From: Pseudovirgaria hyperparasitica
Lineage: Eukaryota
DNA length: 64,000 bases
Strand: one strand, 5' to 3'
Assembly: GCA_010093815.1 (NCBI GenBank)
Contig: ML996572.1
Part shown: positions 58,162-64,000 of the stretch, piece after piece
Layout: each line of letters starts with the position of its first letter
Numbering within the stretch: position 1 is the stretch's first letter
Position numbers and translations under genes: made by a program
The notes under the pieces: generated by a model
What the model saw: only the letters and a program-made list of their open reading frames with translations
Told to the model about the DNA's origin: nothing
The model's database searches: none

Positions 58162-58746
58162 ATGCAGATCACTCAACTCATTCCCTTCTTCCTCCTCGGA
58201 GCTGCCTTCGCCTCTTCCCCATCCCCCGTTGAGCGCAAGGCCTCCCTCGTCCAGCGCGACTATGCCACCATCTCAGGCGTCATCTCTGACGTCCAGAGCA
58301 AGACCAGCTCCCTAAAGTCCGCCATCGACGCCTACCAAGGCACTGGCCAAACTGCCTCTGTGCAGAACGCCCAAGACGCGCTCCTCAACTCCATCAACAC
58401 CGGCAACTCCAAGGTCGCCGCCTCCTCCTCCGTCACCCTCGCCCAGGCCTACCAGATCGGCAACCAGGTCGACGACCTCACCGACGTTGTCAATGCCTCC
58501 GTCGATTCCGCTCTCAACAAGAAGTCTGCCTTTGTTGCCGCTGGTGATGCTGGCAAGGTCAAGAAGGGCTTCAACGACCTCAAGTCCGCCGCCAACACCC
58601 TTGGTTCTACCATCAAGAGCAAGGTTCCCAGCTCTGCGCAGAATCTCGCCCAGCAGAAGATCGACAAGCTGAACGAGGCTATCCAGCGCGGTGTTGACGG
58701 CTACGCGGATGTTGCTCGCCGCGCTGCTCGCGACTTCAAGGCATAG
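58162..58746 (+). CDS. Secreted HsbA / cell-wall mannoprotein-1-like protein (194 aa)
   Basis: TATAAAA at ~58042; signal peptide MQITQLIPFFLLGAAFA; Ala/Ser-rich amphipathic helices with KKSAFVAAG and IKSKVP; strong codon bias. Confidence 0.85.
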   Translation: MQITQLIPFFLLGAAFASSPSPVERKASLVQRDYATISGVISDVQSKTSSLKSAIDAYQGTGQTASVQNAQDALLNSINTGNSKVAASSSVTLAQAYQIGNQVDDLTDVVNASVDSALNKKSAFVAAGDAGKVKKGFNDLKSAANTLGSTIKSKVPSSAQNLAQQKIDKLNEAIQRGVDGYADVARRAARDFKA

Positions 58747-60040
58747 ATTGCCCCTTCGCTACGAATAATGCCAGACTACATAAAAATCTGATTTGATGAT
58801 TTATCTGAAGGACGATATTGGACAATGGCGGTATAGCACCACACATGTACATAGCCAACACAGCTTTCCTTATTTTGGCAATACATAAACAGTTGACATT
58901 GACATCCTCTTCCTCTTCTTCCTTATTTCCTGCGGTGCTAAGTCGTGGTTACTCCTTCCGCCGTCCAATATTTCCCTATACTAACAAACTTTCCGCTGCC
59001 CACCAAGATGTCTTTTACATAACACAAGCCAAACCAGGCGGGGTCCTGCATTAGTGCCACCAGGGTTATGCCCAGGATTTTCCCCAGATCTACGCTTACT
59101 CTCCACATCTCGGCTCGCAGTACCGCGCTAGCCCCCGTCTTTCGGTTGGGGCCACCCGGCAAGCCCTGAAGGGAAAGGCGCAATGGCATTTGATACAGCC
59201 ATTACTGAAGCAATTGGACGGGCTGGAACGTGATTGGTGATTCAACTAATCGAATCTATTGAGGTTGAATATGCGATTCCTGAAGCCTGGGTTCTGGGTG
59301 AGGTTAAATTGCCTGCAATGGTGGGAGTACTAGATCTAAGCCGAGATGACATGTATCATAATTATTGAGAAAAGGGATTGTGTCTCTACATCTGGGTCCG
59401 TTATTGAAGCCAAGCGCTGTAAACTTGTGCTTTCGCATGTCATGCGTTGTTACGTAGTTGTAATCGAAAGTAAGTATTTGTGTGACTTGCTCTTTTCGAT
59501 ATGCATGCTGAGATTCTCAGGAAGTGGCTCCCTGGTTAGCAATCTCCTCCAAGTTGCCTTAGTTCACTGAGTCTAAAGTCGCCCAATCCACATTTTGAAC
59601 CATCCAGTATCCAATTCAACCATTCAAGATATTTCATTGATCTATTACACGGTCCACAAGGTCGAAGAGAGCCATCGAACTGATGCGACAGAGGAATTGA
59701 ACACTTCAAGGTAAATGAGCTCGTTAGCATGCAGACGGATGCATGACTGAATACAGACCCAAGTCTGGCCCATGACCATCACCTTGCAGGCATGATCAGA
59801 CGCCACGTCTAGCGCAACGGGGTTTCCCATCTCGACACGTTTCCCAGCCCAACGTGGCGGATCATAGGAAAATAAGAAACCCGTTGCGGCTATTGAAGCT
59901 AGCGCGTTCGGTGTCCAGGTCAGACTTTCCGAGGCTTCATGTGTACGGGCATGTGATGCCTCACAACAACAACTGGACACTGCGCAAGTTCATCGGGCAG
60001 TGGCACAGCGTCCATGACCGCAACAACGTTGAGAGCGAAC

Positions 60041-62749
60041 TCAGTCGTCGTATTCGGCTGTATCTCTTCCAGAATTACCGTCCCTGGCGACAGCTTCTGT
60101 TTTTCCCTTTGCTTCTTGCTTGCGCCAGAGACTGGCGAGGAAGTCCGCATCGCTAGCCTCTTCGATGCCCTTGTCCTCTCTGACTTTGAGGAAGCGCGGA
60201 AATCGCAGACTCAGGCCACGGTCTTCGTTGACCAGGCCGATAGCGGCCGGATATACTGGACTCAGAGTGATGTCTGCAAAAGCCATCTCCCATACCTCTT
60301 GGGGATTGAACCACACGTCAGGGCTACCAAAGTATTCAACGTAAGACGGCTTTGACGGCAGTGTGTTGTTCTTCCGGACAACTCCATCTGCATCTTCTCC
60401 ATCCTCGTCGTCACTGAAGCTGACGTCTGGATCGTATTTCTTTCTGTTCTCTTGATAGAACTTGTCTGTAAAGCCACTAATGCATTTGGTGACGGCTTGC
60501 AAGTTGCCTGTCTCTGGATTGCGCACGGCGAGAAGTATTGGTGACCACCATTTGTTCTTCCTTCCTTGGCCATACCAGCCAGCGATTGGGATCAGATCGA
60601 GAGTGTCGGCTGCAGCGCTATCGTAGTCCTTCTTCACTTTGAGCCACGAATCAAGCCTCTTGTCCGGTTCATAGGTTGACAGAAGCGCTTTTCGGCGTCC
60701 TTTCTGCTTCTCATCTTTGCTTGCATTGGCTTGAGTCTTAGGATCCGCCTTCTTCCGTTTTTTTGAGGGCGTTCTGGGGGCTTCTGCGTCTGCCTCTAGT
60801 CCATCGTCATCCACGCCTGATACGGCGAGATCCGGATTGACTACGTTGTCAAGAACTTTGACCATGATCCCCTCGCACTTGTATTCAAGTGCACTTTTGA
60901 AGAACTCAAGGACAGCCTCCGAGTCGGTCGAGGTGGCGTCCATACTTTTGACCCATGTGAAGTGATGCGGAATCTCAATGAACAGGCTTCGTAGTAGTTC
61001 TCTCCGCTCCCGGAAAGGTCGATCTGTTAGTTCTTGTCCGTTCAAATACATTAAGTCGAAAGAGAACAGGCAGACATCAATCGTGACGTTGCCAATCAAA
61101 ACATCTTTACGCGCTCGATTGGCGAGTGTCTGAAAAGCCTTGAGCTCTCCAGTGTCCCTATCTAGGGCTACAACTTCCCCCTCGAGGATGAAACTCTCCA
61201 CCCCCTCGCCGCGAATCTTAGGTACCAAGCACACTAGATCTGGGTACTTATCTGTCATTACCTCTAGATGTCGGGAGAAGATCGTGACTTTGCCTTCTTT
61301 GTCGCAATGTACCTGAGCTCTCTGGCCGTCATACTTGTACTCACAAGCAAAATCACGCCCCTGTAACTTGACGAGCATTTCTTGGAGGTCTCTAGTAATC
61401 GAGCCCAACATTGGCCGGAGCGGAATATGCATTGCTAGCCCACATCTGAGGAGCAGCTCTTCCGTCACGCCAATATCAAGTAATGTTGGTATGAGGTCGT
61501 TGTAGTTGGGTCTTCTCGCAAAGCTTGCCTTAACAATTTCCTCTGCGTGGGTATAGATAGGCGTCAAGTCTTCCTTCCTCAGCTTCCGTAGTCTTTCCGC
61601 TGATTCAATTTTAAAGTCAGCTGTTGGTGGTCTCGAGAGCAGGAACGCTCTGGACAAAGCGATGAGCATGGTGGTCTTGACAGCACCAATTCGAAGGTGC
61701 TGAACCAGAGTCCGTACTATGTATCGACTTTCCTCTGCACCTCGTGCATCTTGAACTAACCTTTCGACGATACGCTGCTTGACTTCTTGACTTCCAGTTC
61801 CTCTGCTGTTGGCGATTTTGACAAGACATTCGAAGACAATCTTGATAGTGAGAGGTTTTGGCTTGCGCAGTGTGAAGGTTTGTCTTTTCTTGGCTTCGAA
61901 AGCGACATCACCAGCATCTCCATGCTTATTGTACAGCGATTTAAGACTTGTATTGTCCAGGCCGCAGACCTTTTTCAGAGCTTTGGAGATCGCAGAGCCG
62001 CCGAGTCCAAGCTCCAAGTCGATATAAGGCGGTGAGATAGAATTGGTTGCTAGCCAAACAGCAGGTAGCAAGCTTTCCGGATCTCCCACAATAATGGTTC
62101 TGAGGAGATTTACAAGGGTATCAACAATCTTGATGCGACTCTGCGTGCTGTTGACCAAGATAAAACACCTTGTCAAGAGAGCATAGGTGGCACTGCCATT
62201 CTCTGGAGCCCAAAGATCTTTCAACTGGGGCACATACTTTGAGGGCTCAAAAATCAATGGACTTTCATCAAAGGGAATGGTGTTCGTGATCGTGTCCTCT
62301 GTTGCGCTTGCTGATTGTAGCGACAATGTTTGTTTTGCCGTTGCCCCTGGTCGGAATGAAAATGATTGCTTTGCGACCTCCTGTGGTGATTTTTTATCGT
62401 CCATACCATCAATCGTGCTAGATGTGGTGTCATCAAGGGGATATGAAGGCGCATCAGCGTTTTGTGCGCGCTGTTCGGTCTGATTCTCGCGATCGAATTC
62501 CTCTTGCAGCTTCCGTGCAAGCTGCTCGTCCGTCAGCTCTTCGTGGTTGGCGTCCTCTATGACCGACTGATTCCGTTCTTCATTAACCAATGTTTCGAAG
62601 CCGCCAGTCATGCCACCTTCGTCCCTTGACCTTTGCACATCATTTGCAGGAAGGGATCTTTGCTTTCCGAAGAAGTAGTCGAGACTTCTGACCTGGGGCT
62701 TTGGTTCGGCATCATCTTTCTTCTTTCTCTTCTTCGCTGGACTACTCAT
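60041..62749 (-). CDS. ATP-dependent DNA ligase, second DNA ligase I-type paralogue (Adl1-like)
   Basis: Motif I CEYKYDGQRAQ, ILEGEVVA, FDLMYLNG, EGIMVK, WLKVKKDY, SLRFPRFLKVREDK; likely start MSSPAKKRKK at 62749; PIP-like RSLDYFF. Confidence 0.92.
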   Translation of the reverse strand: MSSPAKKRKKKDDAEPKPQVRSLDYFFGKQRSLPANDVQRSRDEGGMTGGFETLVNEERNQSVIEDANHEELTDEQLARKLQEEFDRENQTEQRAQNADAPSYPLDDTTSSTIDGMDDKKSPQEVAKQSFSFRPGATAKQTLSLQSASATEDTITNTIPFDESPLIFEPSKYVPQLKDLWAPENGSATYALLTRCFILVNSTQSRIKIVDTLVNLLRTIIVGDPESLLPAVWLATNSISPPYIDLELGLGGSAISKALKKVCGLDNTSLKSLYNKHGDAGDVAFEAKKRQTFTLRKPKPLTIKIVFECLVKIANSRGTGSQEVKQRIVERLVQDARGAEESRYIVRTLVQHLRIGAVKTTMLIALSRAFLLSRPPTADFKIESAERLRKLRKEDLTPIYTHAEEIVKASFARRPNYNDLIPTLLDIGVTEELLLRCGLAMHIPLRPMLGSITRDLQEMLVKLQGRDFACEYKYDGQRAQVHCDKEGKVTIFSRHLEVMTDKYPDLVCLVPKIRGEGVESFILEGEVVALDRDTGELKAFQTLANRARKDVLIGNVTIDVCLFSFDLMYLNGQELTDRPFRERRELLRSLFIEIPHHFTWVKSMDATSTDSEAVLEFFKSALEYKCEGIMVKVLDNVVNPDLAVSGVDDDGLEADAEAPRTPSKKRKKADPKTQANASKDEKQKGRRKALLSTYEPDKRLDSWLKVKKDYDSAAADTLDLIPIAGWYGQGRKNKWWSPILLAVRNPETGNLQAVTKCISGFTDKFYQENRKKYDPDVSFSDDEDGEDADGVVRKNNTLPSKPSYVEYFGSPDVWFNPQEVWEMAFADITLSPVYPAAIGLVNEDRGLSLRFPRFLKVREDKGIEEASDADFLASLWRKQEAKGKTEAVARDGNSGRDTAEYDD

Positions 62750-64000
62750 TACTGCTTTGACCAAACATCTCACATCGAATTCCTGACGATGGTATGCGTG
62801 TCGCGGTCGCGTCCGGGTGCGTCATGGATGACAGAGCACAGACTAGCATAAACTAGATGAATTGGGTTAGGATATGCTGCCATTTACGGTCTAGCGCAGT
62901 ACAATCCTAAGGGTTTGTGCAGGTTTCAACGTCGAACTTACTCTTCACATCGACGTATCATCTTATTTAGTTCTTAAACTTCATATAAATCTCTTACTCA
63001 GCTTATTAGATTCGAACGACTCTAACGAAACCCAAGCTCATCGGACGAGACGATCGTCATCAAGTAGCGCGGTAGAAATGATGCCATTGAACTCGATGAA
63101 GCTCATTCATATATGAAAACAGAAGGTTTTAAGCGTGTCCACCAACTCGGCTCAAAATGTACAAGGTTACAAAAGATCTCATAGCAGTATTGATCAAGTT
63201 TTATCTCGACCATAGTTGCCATGTCCTCTCTCATTTTTTCCATACTTTTGTCTATGATCTGAGATATTTCTCCAGTCATACATAGTAATAATAAAGCTTA
63301 CTACCGACGTCATTGTATCGGAGTCCTGTCGATCATCTATCCAGGTTAGGTCGTTCTCATCTATCTTCCCTCTTGGACACATCAAGCAATTTTCAACGAA
63401 TCTGTAGTCCTCGTAGCGTCATTAACATCAAGGCTTTTCTGTCAGGTGTCGGACAAGCCCAACGTTGTGGATATTTACAAAGCCTTACCGCATATGTCTG
63501 CGCTGTTACCCTTGCTCAGTCAAAAGCGAACACTCTCGTCGTACATATCTCAAGCAGAGGCGTGCTGCATTATCACCCAATTTGTACAGGGATGCGATAT
63601 CTCTCTTTAACAATGACCCAACAGAATACGAGAGAAACACGCCTACGTGACCTACCCGGACACTCCGGGCTCACTTACAAAAGATCGGACTCATTCTGCT
63701 TCGAAACTCCTGATCACCACTGCCAGCAAAGTCAATCATATTCCAACTCTACAGGCGACAGATATCAGACCATTATGCTTCTCTGATCGACTGCGTGCAC
63801 GTATTGATCTCTTGCGGCGCACAGCAGATTCATCCTCTACAAAAAGAGAAATTGCAAAAGTGCCCATGATGACGTTTGCATGAGCAGACAGTGATTGTCA
63901 TTATTGTCGTGTGCTGACGATGACTTTTATCACATCAACATAGCATCGCAAGATTTCAGATATAGAAACCTTCCGAAGAAGCACAACACGCTAGCTGCTA

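Overview
Filamentous-ascomycete genomic DNA with spliceosomal introns and strong RIP signatures. The left arm (1-19 kb) holds pyruvate decarboxylase (5'-truncated by the window), a Gln/Pro repeat orphan, a THUMP/Tan1 gene, an APH-like pseudokinase, a Cue3/ASCC2-like gene head-to-head with RPS20, an ABM-barrel-like gene and an intronless FMP-type heme protein. The centre (19079-44628) is a 25.5 kb AT-rich, RIP-mutated transposon nest that can be resolved to the base from target-site duplications. A hAT DNA transposon (21-bp TIRs, 8-bp TSD) contains two full-length Tad1-like LINEs in opposite orientations, and one LINE is interrupted by an 11.4 kb Ty3/Gypsy LTR element. The right arm holds a small 3-exon gene, a truncated kinase-vWA gene, an ABCC transporter, an HsbA-like secreted protein and a second DNA ligase I paralogue. 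Two observations stand out. (1) The Gypsy element carries, downstream of pol, a separate ~980-codon RIP-killed ORF with a PhyH-like 2OG-Fe(II) dioxygenase motif set (HxD...H...R). (2) One ~33-bp palindrome (ATTATTAGTTAAGGGC-W-GCCCTTAACTAATAAT) occurs seven times, shared between the unrelated LINE and LTR elements and embedded in or terminating their ORFs. Together they suggest, as an untested hypothesis, a retroelement-encoded trans factor plus a shared cis site. All translations and alignments were done by eye and no database searches were run.
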